Of a stretch of DNA of 61,768 nucleotides, positions 8,745 to 17,888 are shown piece by piece. Numbering within the stretch: the stretch's first letter is position 1; every line of letters begins with the position of its first letter. The notes under the pieces are model-generated. The model searched no databases and was not told the origin of the DNA. It was given only the letters and a program-made list of their open reading frames with translations. A program made the position numbers and the translations under genes. The stretch comes from a virus (taxonomy: Duplodnaviria > Caudoviricetes): IMG/VR virus record IMGVR_UViG_3300023179_000112, positions 1 to 61,768 of that record; one strand, given 5' to 3'.

Positions 8745-8784
8745 ATGTCTAATACTTGACAATTAACCCGTTTTATGGTCTAAT
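8745..8784 (+). promoter_or_regulatory. Sigma70-like promoter overlapped by operator-like motif
   Basis: TTGACA 8756-8761, 17 nt, TCTAAT with extended TG; motif ATGTCTAATACTTGACAA 8745-8762. Confidence 0.55.
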
Positions 8785-8815
8785 CATATTTTACAAATAC
8801 GTTAAGGAGTTTCAC

Positions 8816-9949
8816 ATGGATATGCAAAACATGCTCTCACACGCCCAAGTCACGTCTGCGATCAAAGCGTTCCACGCTAGCGGTGTGCGGCGTACCATCT
8901 ACGTGCAGGGTGAGAACGGCATAGGCAAGACTGCCTGTGTCATGGCGCTGCGCAACGACCCACAGTTCGCTAACCACATCTTCGTCGATCCCATCGACGC
9001 AACGCAGATGTCTGACGGGTCAGTGTGGATGCCTGACATTGACCGCGAGGCAGGTGTGTCACGCGAGCTACCCAACGAGCGCTTTGGTCTGAGCAAGACT
9101 AACCGACTCGGCGTCAACGGCTCACGCCCTGTCGTGGTGTTCCTCGATGAGGTGGACAAAGCACCGCAGTACATACAGAACGTACTTGCGCCCATCATGT
9201 ATGACTACCGTGTCGGTGACTATCACTTCCCCGAAGGGTCGCTCGTCATTGCTGCGTCTAACCTTGGCGCTGAGGGTCTCGGTGATAGCACACGTGCACA
9301 CATCCGCAGCAGACGCATAACAGTGCAGATGCGCAAGCCCACGCAGCCTGAGTGGAAAGAGTATGCGATCAACAAGGGACTCGACTATCGAGTGATCGCT
9401 GCAACAAGTCAGTATCCCTCGCTGTTTGACTCATTCCTCGACTATGAGGAGGGGGGCAAGCATCACGGCAAGACGCTCAAGCTCGACAACCCTGACATCT
9501 ACAACCCACGCGAGACACAAGACAGCTACGCGTCGCCTCGCACATTCGAGGCATCGTCAGACATCGTGCGCTGTATTGACATGCTGGATGCGCAGACGCT
9601 ACGTGCGCTGCTGTGGGGTGCGGTGGGTGTGGCTGCTGAAAAGATCCTGACTGTCATACGCCTCGGTAACACGCTGCCCGACTATGCGCTGGTGTGTAAC
9701 GACCCCACGGGTGCGCCGTTGGTCAGCGACCCCATAGCACAGGTCGTGCAGGTGCAGCAGTTTGTATCACGTGCCAAGAGTAGGGACGAGGCAGCAGCGC
9801 TGACCACATACGTGATGCGCATGCCGCGTGAGGAGCACAAGCAGTTGTTCATCAACCAGATCGCTAACTCATCAAAGGTGACGTTCTTCTACACCGTTGA
9901 GCCGTTCCAGTTGATGCTGAAGGAATACAACAAGTTTGTGAATGTTTGA
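8816..9949 (+). CDS. MoxR-like AAA+ ATPase
   Basis: Walker A GENGIGKT, Walker B VVFLDEVDK, IAASN, SPRTF; TAAGGAG RBS before ATG 8816. Confidence 0.85.
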   Translation: MDMQNMLSHAQVTSAIKAFHASGVRRTIYVQGENGIGKTACVMALRNDPQFANHIFVDPIDATQMSDGSVWMPDIDREAGVSRELPNERFGLSKTNRLGVNGSRPVVVFLDEVDKAPQYIQNVLAPIMYDYRVGDYHFPEGSLVIAASNLGAEGLGDSTRAHIRSRRITVQMRKPTQPEWKEYAINKGLDYRVIAATSQYPSLFDSFLDYEEGGKHHGKTLKLDNPDIYNPRETQDSYASPRTFEASSDIVRCIDMLDAQTLRALLWGAVGVAAEKILTVIRLGNTLPDYALVCNDPTGAPLVSDPIAQVVQVQQFVSRAKSRDEAAALTTYVMRMPREEHKQLFINQIANSSKVTFFYTVEPFQLMLKEYNKFVNV

Positions 9950-9973
9950 TCAGTAGTTCGTTGCTGTAACCAC

Positions 9974-9991
9974 GGGACGGAATTCCGTCCC
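9974..9991. repeat. 18-bp perfect palindrome copy 7
   Basis: GGGACGGAATTCCGTCCC. Confidence 0.95.
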
Positions 9992-10032
9992 ACAAGGAAC
10001 CCAAACAAACCCCAACCACAAGGAGAGTTACC

Positions 10033-10905
10033 ATGACACGTTTCAACATAGATACCTGCTCACTACTCGTTGAGTTCAACGCGTCCGTGTGGACGGCGCG
10101 TAAGCTCGACAAGAAAACAACCGACGAGGTTGTGTTCAGCAAGAACGCTGCCGCTAAAGATGCAGCACGGGTCAACAAGCACCTGCTCGCAGGTCGCAAC
10201 GAGCTGGACGTGATCCAGACTTACATTGGCAGTGTGCGTACGTTTGTGTACGAGAACACCATGCCGTGGTCTGACAATGGCTTGCGCCTGCTGCCGACGA
10301 CGTTCTTCATGGAGTTCAGCAAGCGTATGCACAACAGCGAGGACACGTTCTTCTCGTACGTTGAGGACTTCATCAGGGTCTACCCGTCACTCATCACAGC
10401 ACAAGCGATGGCGCTCGGTGACATGTTCAGGCGCGACGACTACCCCACACCTGACGAGTTACAGAATAAGTTTGCGTTCAAGGTCAACTACATGCCTGTC
10501 CCCACAGCGGGTGACTTCCGTGTGGACGTGGGCAACGACGCACAGAAAGAACTTCAGGACAAGCTCAACAAGCTCGCAGATGATCGTGTCGAGGCAGCGA
10601 TGCAAGACATACGTCAGCGACTCAAGACGCACCTCACGCGCATGCAGGACAGACTAGGTTTTGATGAGGTGGACGGCGAGAGTAAGACGCGCAAGTTTCA
10701 CGACTCGCTCGTCACGGGTGCGCTTGAGTTATGCGACATGGTCAAGCACCTCAACATCGTGGGGGACGTTGAGCTTGAGCAGGCGCGAGTAGGTCTGGCA
10801 CAAACACTTAGCGGTGTGGATGCTAAAGAATTGCGTACGAACCTCGCAGTACGTGAGGACGTGCGCAAGAACGTCGATGCACTCATCGACAAGTTGTCGT
10901 TTTAA
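10033..10905 (+). CDS. DUF3150-like protein
   Basis: WTARKLDK, NKHLL, TMPW..GLRLLP, LGDMF..DDYP pattern; position between AAA and VWA genes. Confidence 0.6.
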   Translation: MTRFNIDTCSLLVEFNASVWTARKLDKKTTDEVVFSKNAAAKDAARVNKHLLAGRNELDVIQTYIGSVRTFVYENTMPWSDNGLRLLPTTFFMEFSKRMHNSEDTFFSYVEDFIRVYPSLITAQAMALGDMFRRDDYPTPDELQNKFAFKVNYMPVPTAGDFRVDVGNDAQKELQDKLNKLADDRVEAAMQDIRQRLKTHLTRMQDRLGFDEVDGESKTRKFHDSLVTGALELCDMVKHLNIVGDVELEQARVGLAQTLSGVDAKELRTNLAVREDVRKNVDALIDKLSF

Positions 10906-10928
10906 TTTTAACCACAAGGAGAGTAGCT

Positions 10929-12113
10929 ATGTCATACACTACACTTAACCCACGTGAGCGTGTCGTTGCAGTAGGCATCGACTTCACAAAAGATATACGG
11001 TTCGCACAACTCAGTTGTGTCGCTGTGGTTGGCGACATCGAGATTTCTGACCGCATACAGTACGCTGCGACTAACGGTCGTGACGAGGTCTATAACCCTG
11101 ACTTCGTGATGGCACAGAATCGCAAGCAGATGCGATACGTCCGTGCACATGAGTTGTTACATAAACAACTCAAGCATTGTCACGCATACCGTGATGTGTG
11201 TAATAAGTATCCATACGAGACTAACGTAGCGATGGATATTGTAATTAACCTGATGATTGAGGAGATCGACCCACACTTCACGTTCGTCGAGCGTCCAACA
11301 GTTGACTTCCACATCGACCCTCACTATGCCAACTGGGGCTTCCTGCGTATTCTGCAAGATCTTATCAAGAAGGGTAATGGGGGTAATGGTAAAGGTGTAG
11401 GAGATCAACGTGGCTTCGATACGCACGAGTTCAATGAGCTTAGTGACGAAGAGCTTGACGAGCTTAAGCCCATCATCGAGGAGGCAGCACGTCAGGGTCA
11501 GTTACTTGCTGAGAAGTTAACAGCGGGTAACAAGGGTAGGGGCAAGCGTCTCAACATTCAGGCAACGCAGTCACGCACCGACTGGCGGCAGCACATGCGC
11601 GAGTTCTTCACAACGATTTGTGCAGGCGATGAACACTCACGGTTTGCACCGCCCAACAAACGCCTCGCACCACAGGGGTATTTGTTGCCATCACACTTTT
11701 CATACAACAAGGGGGACATCATCATTGCCTGTGACACATCAGTCTCTATGGCAAGACATTACGGTATGTTGTTCGGTGAGATTGCACGTATCGCTGAGGA
11801 CGTTAAGCCCGACAGCATTCGCATCTTGTGGTGGGACACATCCGTGTGTGGAGATCAGAAGTTTGAGCCACATCAGTACGCAAACATTGCAGCACTTATG
11901 AAACCTGCGGGGGGCGGCGGTACAACCCCTGACTGTGTTGTGCGGCACATCGTTGATAAGCAGTACAAACCACGTGCAGTCATCTGGCTAACCGACGGCT
12001 ATCTGTACGGCCCTGCGCCGGTGGTCAACGTGCCTGTGCTGTGGGGTGTCGTCAACAACGAGCACTTCGTTGCACCCGAAGGTAAAACCATTCACATCTA
12101 CGGGCAACTGTAA
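10929..12113 (+). CDS. HExxH metallopeptidase-like plus VWA domain protein (DUF2201-like)
   Basis: AATNG, AHELLH, MIDAS DTSVS, GGGGT, LTDG. Confidence 0.85.
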   Translation: MSYTTLNPRERVVAVGIDFTKDIRFAQLSCVAVVGDIEISDRIQYAATNGRDEVYNPDFVMAQNRKQMRYVRAHELLHKQLKHCHAYRDVCNKYPYETNVAMDIVINLMIEEIDPHFTFVERPTVDFHIDPHYANWGFLRILQDLIKKGNGGNGKGVGDQRGFDTHEFNELSDEELDELKPIIEEAARQGQLLAEKLTAGNKGRGKRLNIQATQSRTDWRQHMREFFTTICAGDEHSRFAPPNKRLAPQGYLLPSHFSYNKGDIIIACDTSVSMARHYGMLFGEIARIAEDVKPDSIRILWWDTSVCGDQKFEPHQYANIAALMKPAGGGGTTPDCVVRHIVDKQYKPRAVIWLTDGYLYGPAPVVNVPVLWGVVNNEHFVAPEGKTIHIYGQL

Positions 12114-12139
12114 ACAACCAGTGTCACTTCTTTCTTTAC

Positions 12140-12155
12140 GGGGACATATGTCCCC
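12140..12155. repeat. 16-bp palindrome related to the 18-bp family
   Basis: GGGGACATATGTCCCC, intergenic, same GGGAC/GTCCC arms. Confidence 0.6.
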
Positions 12156-12176
12156 ATTTACTTCAGGAGAGTAATC

Positions 12177-12701
12177 ATGGAAGCAAATCAAACCTTCATC
12201 AACGCCATCATCAATTCAGTAGTCAACCTCGTCATCACACGTATCGGTGAGCTTGGTCTCGTTTCAGACATACACAAACGTCTTGATGACATCGAGAAAA
12301 AAGTCGATGAGCGCAAGCCTGAGCTTGAACAATCCCTTGAGATGCTGCTGCAACAAAGCACGTGGTTCGGTGATCTCATTGCTAAACAAGTTGACATGCG
12401 TATTGAGGAGCAAGATATTGATTCAAACATGCGCAACATTGCTGAAGAAGTTATTGACGCCTGTGTCAATGATGTCGTGACACAGAAGATCGACAACTAT
12501 GACTTCTCAAGCGCTGTACACGATGCAGTCAACGACATCATTGGCGACTATGACTTCAGTGATGAGGTTTCTTCGTGCGCTAGTGACTTGGACTTGGTGT
12601 CCGACGACGGATGCCGCGAGATCTTTGAGGAGATGTTTGACGAGCGCTTCAACGACAAGCTCAAGGGTTTAACTGTTAGCGTACAACTACAAGGAGAGTA
12701 A
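12177..12701 (+). CDS. Acidic hypothetical protein
   Basis: AGGAGAG RBS; Asp/Glu-rich with YDFS repeats. Confidence 0.7.
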   Translation: MEANQTFINAIINSVVNLVITRIGELGLVSDIHKRLDDIEKKVDERKPELEQSLEMLLQQSTWFGDLIAKQVDMRIEEQDIDSNMRNIAEEVIDACVNDVVTQKIDNYDFSSAVHDAVNDIIGDYDFSDEVSSCASDLDLVSDDGCREIFEEMFDERFNDKLKGLTVSVQLQGE

Positions 12702-12703
12702 TC

Positions 12704-13075
12704 ATGGGATATAGATCAGACGTAGCGTATGTCATCAAGTTCAAAACAATCGAAGAGCGCGACGCGTACGTGACGTACATGTCAGCAAAGAATGATGAAC
12801 ACATTAAGCAAGCTTTGACAGAAGTGGACTTCTCTGACAAAGAAGATCCGATCATTACATTTAAAGCAGAAAATGTGAAATGGTACAACGGATATCCTAG
12901 TGTCGAGGCGCACAAGTTTATCTACAGCCACGCGCATGAGCTTGAGGTGGCATCGTTTCGCTTCATAGCAGTGGGTGAAGATGGACAAGAAGAATGCGAA
13001 GAAGAAGTGATAGCGTACATTGATAACCTGCACGAGTACCTTTATGCAGTACACAAAATTGCAACAAACTTTTAA
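12704..13075 (+). CDS. Hypothetical protein
   Basis: AAGGAGAG RBS; MGYRSDVAY N-terminus. Confidence 0.7.
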   Translation: MGYRSDVAYVIKFKTIEERDAYVTYMSAKNDEHIKQALTEVDFSDKEDPIITFKAENVKWYNGYPSVEAHKFIYSHAHELEVASFRFIAVGEDGQEECEEEVIAYIDNLHEYLYAVHKIATNF

Positions 13076-13092
13076 TCACAAGGAGAGTAATC

Positions 13093-14061
13093 ATGGGTTT
13101 CACAGCTAACTTCAATCAAGTATATGCCGTCCACAAGTACGAAGATGCGGATTGGTTTTTCAACAAGATCACACCCGTTAAGTCAGCCAAATGGGGTAAA
13201 GATCAACGTCCGCTTGGTCGGCGTACTGCGTGGCACTACAGGCTAGAACGTGGGCAAGACGCAGCCCACTATGACGTGTGCCTGTATCACACCAAAATGA
13301 TCCGTTACGTCAAGCCCGATCAGCATGGTTATCGTGAGGTGTACATCCGTGGGCACGACTCAAACACATCACGTTCGTTCCTCGCGCACAACATACACCA
13401 GTGCTACAACGGTCACGGTGCGCGGTTCACTGATACAAAAAACACAGTGCGCTTCGTACCGTTTTCGCCGTATACGCACGGGGCAGATTGGTCAGCACGT
13501 CTGGTCTTTGATCCCAACGGCAGACTTGTTGTGGAGCGCAGTGAGCACCTGCCCATCTATCGCGCTACGGTTACGACTGAACAGCGTGAGAAACGTGCGG
13601 AGTTACGCAAACAACTTAAGGTTATAAACATGCTCGCTGCGCTGCGCATAGACACATACCGAGCCAACGCCGAGTGGGAGGAAATAAGGGCGTATAAAGA
13701 GACGTTGGCAACACGAACTATCAACAACCTCAAACGTGACGTGCAAAGGTGTGGAAAAGACCTAAACGATGCAGACTTTGTAGCGTCTATTCTTGAGGAT
13801 CTTGGGCAGAAAGTCTTTGACAATCTGTACTCACACCACCTCACTAAAAATGACCTGATAGTCGGCAGTCGCCGGTCGATGAGTGGTCAGTATTTACGTG
13901 ACTCAGCGTCTACACTTGCGACTAATATAAAGGTTAAGCAGTTCACTGCTGCGCTTGAACGTGCGGTGATGCAGGTGTTCAGTCTGGACGGTAAAGATGG
14001 ACGTGAAGCCTATCCAGACTTCATGCCAAGCAGTGACGTGCCCAAAACTTATCTTTGGTAA
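13093..14061 (+). CDS. Hypothetical protein
   Basis: AAGGAGAG RBS, 322 aa. Confidence 0.75.
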   Translation: MGFTANFNQVYAVHKYEDADWFFNKITPVKSAKWGKDQRPLGRRTAWHYRLERGQDAAHYDVCLYHTKMIRYVKPDQHGYREVYIRGHDSNTSRSFLAHNIHQCYNGHGARFTDTKNTVRFVPFSPYTHGADWSARLVFDPNGRLVVERSEHLPIYRATVTTEQREKRAELRKQLKVINMLAALRIDTYRANAEWEEIRAYKETLATRTINNLKRDVQRCGKDLNDADFVASILEDLGQKVFDNLYSHHLTKNDLIVGSRRSMSGQYLRDSASTLATNIKVKQFTAALERAVMQVFSLDGKDGREAYPDFMPSSDVPKTYLW

Positions 14062-14074
14062 TAGGAGATTAAAC

Positions 14075-14251
14075 ATGCATATCAAGACAACATCAGAGAG
14101 CACCAATGTGCTCGAAACATTCAAGCGGCACTGGAGGTTGCTTAAACAACCATACCCGTGGAGAGATCCCAAAGTTATCAAGGAGCGCAAACGTATTGCT
14201 GCATTAGACAAAGCGCGTATTGAACTCAGACTAGGTGGAGGTGTGGAATGA
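14075..14251 (+). CDS. Small hypothetical protein
   Basis: AGGAG RBS before ATG 14075; overlaps next gene. Confidence 0.6.
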   Translation: MHIKTTSESTNVLETFKRHWRLLKQPYPWRDPKVIKERKRIAALDKARIELRLGGGVE

Positions 14252-14463
14252 AAGACATCAACAACTTAAACATTGTGGATCAAAGAGTTCTTAAATATAT
14301 AGAACACGAGCTACCCGATTTGCGGGATCAGTTCGCCAAAGCTGCTATCACGGGGATACTTTCCGGCAAGTGGGGACAAATGCCACAGTACAAACCGGAA
14401 GAAGCTTTTGCAGACTTTGCATACAGAGTCGCGGACGAAATGATAAAGCGAAGAGAAAAATGA
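14248..14463 (+). CDS. Small hypothetical protein
   Basis: GGAGGT RBS; LRDQFAKAA motif common in phage small ORFs. Confidence 0.65.
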   Translation: MKDINNLNIVDQRVLKYIEHELPDLRDQFAKAAITGILSGKWGQMPQYKPEEAFADFAYRVADEMIKRREK

Positions 14464-14696
14464 AATTAATGGATCTTAATGAAAAAGCTGTGAGAGTGAA
14501 GCAACCTGTGTTTTACTTAGGCGGCATTACTTACTTACCTCATTACACACAGAGACATTTGTGGGTCGGCCCCGGCAGTGAAAATAAACGATTGACCTAC
14601 AGCACAGCAGAACTTACCGAAAAAGGTAATCTTGGTGCGATGTTTTTGTGGCACAGATCTTGGACGGAAGACGTGCAAGGTTGGAGGATGCTATGA
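14460..14696 (+). CDS. Small hypothetical protein
   Basis: ATGA coupling on both ends. Confidence 0.55.
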   Translation: MKLMDLNEKAVRVKQPVFYLGGITYLPHYTQRHLWVGPGSENKRLTYSTAELTEKGNLGAMFLWHRSWTEDVQGWRML

Positions 14697-14902
14697 CCGA
14701 CACCGTAAATAACCCGAAGCACTACACTTCGCACCCATCCGGTGTAGAGTGTATTGAAATAACTGAGCACATGTCGTTTAACTTAGGCAACGCTGTTAAG
14801 TATGTATGGCGGGCCTCATTAAAGGGCAAAGAAGTCGAGGACTTGCGTAAGGCTCGATGGTATATCGACCGAGAGATTAAACGAATCACAAAGGAAAAAT
14901 AA
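14693..14902 (+). CDS. DUF3310 (SaV-like / T7 gp1.7-like) protein
   Basis: DTVNNPKHY..GVECI..FNLGNAVKYVWR..KG..EDLRKARWY signature. Confidence 0.85.
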   Translation: MTDTVNNPKHYTSHPSGVECIEITEHMSFNLGNAVKYVWRASLKGKEVEDLRKARWYIDREIKRITKEK

Positions 14903-15369
14903 TGGACATATTAAATCTTATGAAGGAAACCCACAAAGATATGCTTCAAGAGCTGTGGGATAGAAATCTCATAAAAATATTTAAAAATAATAAAATCATT
15001 TATATGAATGTCTGTATTAATGATTTTTTATCATCGGAAAACATTTCATACAACGAGTTTGTGATACTCAAAAGAGTCCCGAAATGGCCGCATCAACAAC
15101 GTTGTAATGTCCTTCGTTTTATTGCGGCGTATCTTCCGGACTTAAATGAAAAACTTTGGGACACAAAATGGACTGAAGATCAACTCATAGACTGGTTAAA
15201 CAAAAAAAATATTAATACCTTACTTGCCCCTGCCGATAACCGTAAGGTCATTAAAGAAAGAAAAACAAGAGAATTGTCGAATAAATTACTCGCTCAAGAC
15301 AAATTGCAAACAGTTAAGGCGCTTATCAATAATGATGCTCACTCCAGAAACTGGCACACAGTTAAATAA
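14902..15369 (+). CDS. Hypothetical protein (AT-rich)
   Basis: AAGGA RBS, coupled start. Confidence 0.6.
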   Translation: MDILNLMKETHKDMLQELWDRNLIKIFKNNKIIYMNVCINDFLSSENISYNEFVILKRVPKWPHQQRCNVLRFIAAYLPDLNEKLWDTKWTEDQLIDWLNKKNINTLLAPADNRKVIKERKTRELSNKLLAQDKLQTVKALINNDAHSRNWHTVK

Positions 15370-15377
15370 GGAAATTT

Positions 15378-15572
15378 ATGGACTATAAAGATCTTGCCGC
15401 ACAGGCACAAATATTGATTGAATACATGAAAGTAATGATGGCCCGTCACGATTGGCACGGGGTGTCTGATGCAGCTAACGATCTCAGAGAATTGGAGGCT
15501 GAGATACGTTCTTTGGAGGAGGCTGAGATGCGTTCTTTGGATTCGTGGAAATCTAATAGAGATGCGGAGTGA
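15378..15572 (+). CDS. Small hypothetical protein
   Basis: TAAGGA RBS; DWHGVSDAANDLRE. Confidence 0.65.
   Translation: MDYKDLAAQAQILIEYMKVMMARHDWHGVSDAANDLRELEAEIRSLEEAEMRSLDSWKSNRDAE
15494..15541 (+). repeat. 24-bp in-frame tandem duplication
   Basis: GGAGGCTGAGAT(A/G)CGTTCTTTGGA twice. Confidence 0.85.
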
Positions 15573-15575
15573 AAC

Positions 15576-15947
15576 ATGGAAAACACAGATGATGTAGGTA
15601 TAAGGTGTAATGAACATCCCGACGCACCGCATGGCTTCATGCGTGACGCATCACACAGCGCGGGTAGATATGTCTGTGAATGTGAGAGTTGGGAAGAACC
15701 AAAGCAACAACCTGTGGGGTATGTATCGGGGTTTTATGGTGGGTATTGCGTCATCCAACCATTAGATCCTGCTGTTGTTTTGCCCGTTGGTATGGCTTTG
15801 TACCGCGCAAAAGAATGGGTTGGGATGACTGATGAAGAAGTGAGCGAGATTATTCGTAAAGAGATTGGTTTTAATTCTTGCTTTGGGCCAGAAGAATCTT
15901 TTGCCCGCGCCATCGAATCCAAATTAAAGGAGAAAAATCATGGCTAA
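15576..15947 (+). CDS. Hypothetical protein
   Basis: GGAG RBS; EWVGMTDEE..FARAIESKLKEKN C-terminal module. Confidence 0.65.
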   Translation: MENTDDVGIRCNEHPDAPHGFMRDASHSAGRYVCECESWEEPKQQPVGYVSGFYGGYCVIQPLDPAVVLPVGMALYRAKEWVGMTDEEVSEIIRKEIGFNSCFGPEESFARAIESKLKEKNHG

Positions 15948-16146
15948 ACTTCCATACACATTTACCATCTGCCCAGATGATGAACCGCCAAAGTTGTTTA
16001 CCGCATTAACACCAAGATTGCTCTTTGCCATGCGTAATGGTGTTGTAGACATGACGATTGACCAGAAGCAGCTTATTTGGCCTACCTCAAGAAAAGGGGT
16101 GACAACAATAAATAATCATAAGGACAAATCAAATGAACGCATTTGA
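15940..16146 (+). CDS. Small hypothetical protein
   Basis: AAGGAG RBS. Confidence 0.6.
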   Translation: MAKLPYTFTICPDDEPPKLFTALTPRLLFAMRNGVVDMTIDQKQLIWPTSRKGVTTINNHKDKSNERI

Positions 16147-16345
16147 AATAATTGAAAAAAATGGTTTAACTTTGCACGGTGACATCGAGCACTTTGCTGA
16201 GTTGATTAGACAAGAAGAACGCCAAGTAGTGTTAGACGCTATTGATGCTTTGTGGGGCATGGAGCGTGACAGGAATAATATGTTTTCAGAAGGTTATGAC
16301 TACGCTTTGGGGCATATCAAAGAGGTCGTTGATTCAAGGAGTTAG
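16133..16345 (+). CDS. Small hypothetical protein
   Basis: TAAGGA RBS. Confidence 0.6.
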   Translation: MNAFEIIEKNGLTLHGDIEHFAELIRQEERQVVLDAIDALWGMERDRNNMFSEGYDYALGHIKEVVDSRS

Positions 16346-16347
16346 CA

Positions 16348-16569
16348 ATGAAACGCGAACTATATGATTTCGTCACTCCTCCCTCCACTCCGAAGGAAGC
16401 TGTGACAACCTTATATTACTTCCCGCATCAGAGGGAGTGTGGCATGGGGTTACAGTATCGAGCACCGGCTTATAACGACCCGCCGTGTATGGCAGCACAT
16501 TACGATTCGGATGGGATCTTGTTGTTTACACGCTTTATATTTAAGGACGGTACGTGGAGAGATGATTAA
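16348..16569 (+). CDS. Small hypothetical protein
   Basis: AAGGAG RBS. Confidence 0.6.
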   Translation: MKRELYDFVTPPSTPKEAVTTLYYFPHQRECGMGLQYRAPAYNDPPCMAAHYDSDGILLFTRFIFKDGTWRDD

Positions 16570-16633
16570 CAGGAAAAAACCCGCCGGATGAGCCTTTTAC
16601 ATGGTTTAAACGGTCATATAAGACCAATACAGT

Positions 16634-16661
16634 AAAAGAAAACCCGCCTTTTGGGCGGGTT
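16634..16661 (-). terminator. Intrinsic terminator for the inverted two-gene unit
   Basis: AACCCGCC-5 nt-GGCGGGTT with A run upstream on plus (U run on minus). Confidence 0.7.
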
Positions 16662-16684
16662 GGTCAAGGTAGCTATGACGAATT

Positions 16685-16897
16685 TTACTCGTCTTCGCCT
16701 TCCTCTTCCTCTGCTGCATCACGTGCTTCAACAGCAGCAAGCAGTTTCTTGTAAAGATCACTAAGACCAGAGCTAATTTCTTGCTCGCCAAGCCAGTCAA
16801 TAACTTCGTCGTATTCAAACTCAGTCAAATCAACGCTTACAAATACTTCGTCCATGATATACCCCATTAAATTGAAGATCCACGAAAATATGCACAC
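16685..16897 (-). CDS. Small acidic protein (true start probably near 16856-16868)
   Basis: Very acidic, ends AEEEEGEDE; follows phosphoesterase. Confidence 0.55.
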   Translation of the reverse strand: MCIFSWIFNLMGYIMDEVFVSVDLTEFEYDEVIDWLGEQEISSGLSDLYKKLLAAVEARDAAEEEEGEDE

Positions 16898-17817
16898 CCA
16901 TCGATCACCTCCGCTAACTCCGGTGGAAGCAATCTACCCATATTATCATACGTTAGTATTGCAAAACCACTACACCACGGCACTGGATTATCTTCAATGT
17001 AATCAAAGGCTTGCGATTTTGGGTCGGCCAGCATCCCTGTTGAGATGCCCCAACGACGACCTTTATAGTCGCCCCATCCTTTTACTTCTAGCAGGTGCGT
17101 ATGTCCTGACACTGTACTGATTCCCGATTTTAAAACATTATTGTATCCAGAGTGAATGCCTGAGTGTTGTAAACGATGTTTAATCATGGTGTTGTCATTG
17201 ACTAATACAGACCAACTTACAGACCATTCAGGCAAATGGTCAGACAGCCTTGTACCCTGTATGTCTCTGTATTCAGGCACAAGACCCGATAACCTTTTTT
17301 CAAATCGAATGTCGTGGTTACCAATTGTTCTATGCAAAATAACGTTCAGTCCCTTGCAAGCTTTGACGATAGCGTCCATGTGGTGCTGCACCGACTCTAA
17401 TTCCTGCTTGAGTGTGGGCTTAGTTTGCCAACCCTCGGGGCCGTATTTTGAAATCGTTGCCCCGTCAAGAATGTCGCCGTTGGCTATGATCATCGTCGGT
17501 TTTATCTTTTTTATGACTTTGATCAAAGCTTCAAACGCCACGCTCGTTTCATTGGGCATAAAATGGGCGTCGCTAAAAACTATAACAGGCCCATTTATAT
17601 TTGCAATCGACCGGATCTTGTCTTCAGTATGCAGAATTTTATACAACCGCTGGTCATTAAATGCTTCAAGTGATATGCCCCGCCTATTCTCGATGCTCCT
17701 ACGACGTTCCTGTGCTTGCCTTAGACTTATCCCTACTTCTTTGGCAACAAGGCTGGCACTACCTAACCGTTTCCAGATCTCAATAAACTCATCTTCTGTA
17801 ACGCTTGACTTTGCCAT
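16867..17817 (-). CDS. Calcineurin-like metallophosphoesterase
   Basis: SDAH, NGDILDG, GNHD, H, GHTH motifs; GGAG RBS. Confidence 0.88.
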   Translation of the reverse strand: MAKSSVTEDEFIEIWKRLGSASLVAKEVGISLRQAQERRRSIENRRGISLEAFNDQRLYKILHTEDKIRSIANINGPVIVFSDAHFMPNETSVAFEALIKVIKKIKPTMIIANGDILDGATISKYGPEGWQTKPTLKQELESVQHHMDAIVKACKGLNVILHRTIGNHDIRFEKRLSGLVPEYRDIQGTRLSDHLPEWSVSWSVLVNDNTMIKHRLQHSGIHSGYNNVLKSGISTVSGHTHLLEVKGWGDYKGRRWGISTGMLADPKSQAFDYIEDNPVPWCSGFAILTYDNMGRLLPPELAEVIDGCAYFRGSSI

Positions 17818-17888
17818 GATCGCTCCAAATTTTGGAAGACGAGTGGGTTATATCACACTAATAAAAAAATTTCATTAAGGTGCAACTT

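Noticed and set aside
6342-9991. Palindromic repeats as a CRISPR array
   Set aside because: Only 18 bp, spacing irregular (about 85 to 1290 bp) with whole genes between copies; no cas operon.
17156-17878. 240-aa plus-strand ORF
   Set aside because: Antisense shadow of the motif-rich metallophosphoesterase; no RBS or recognisable features.
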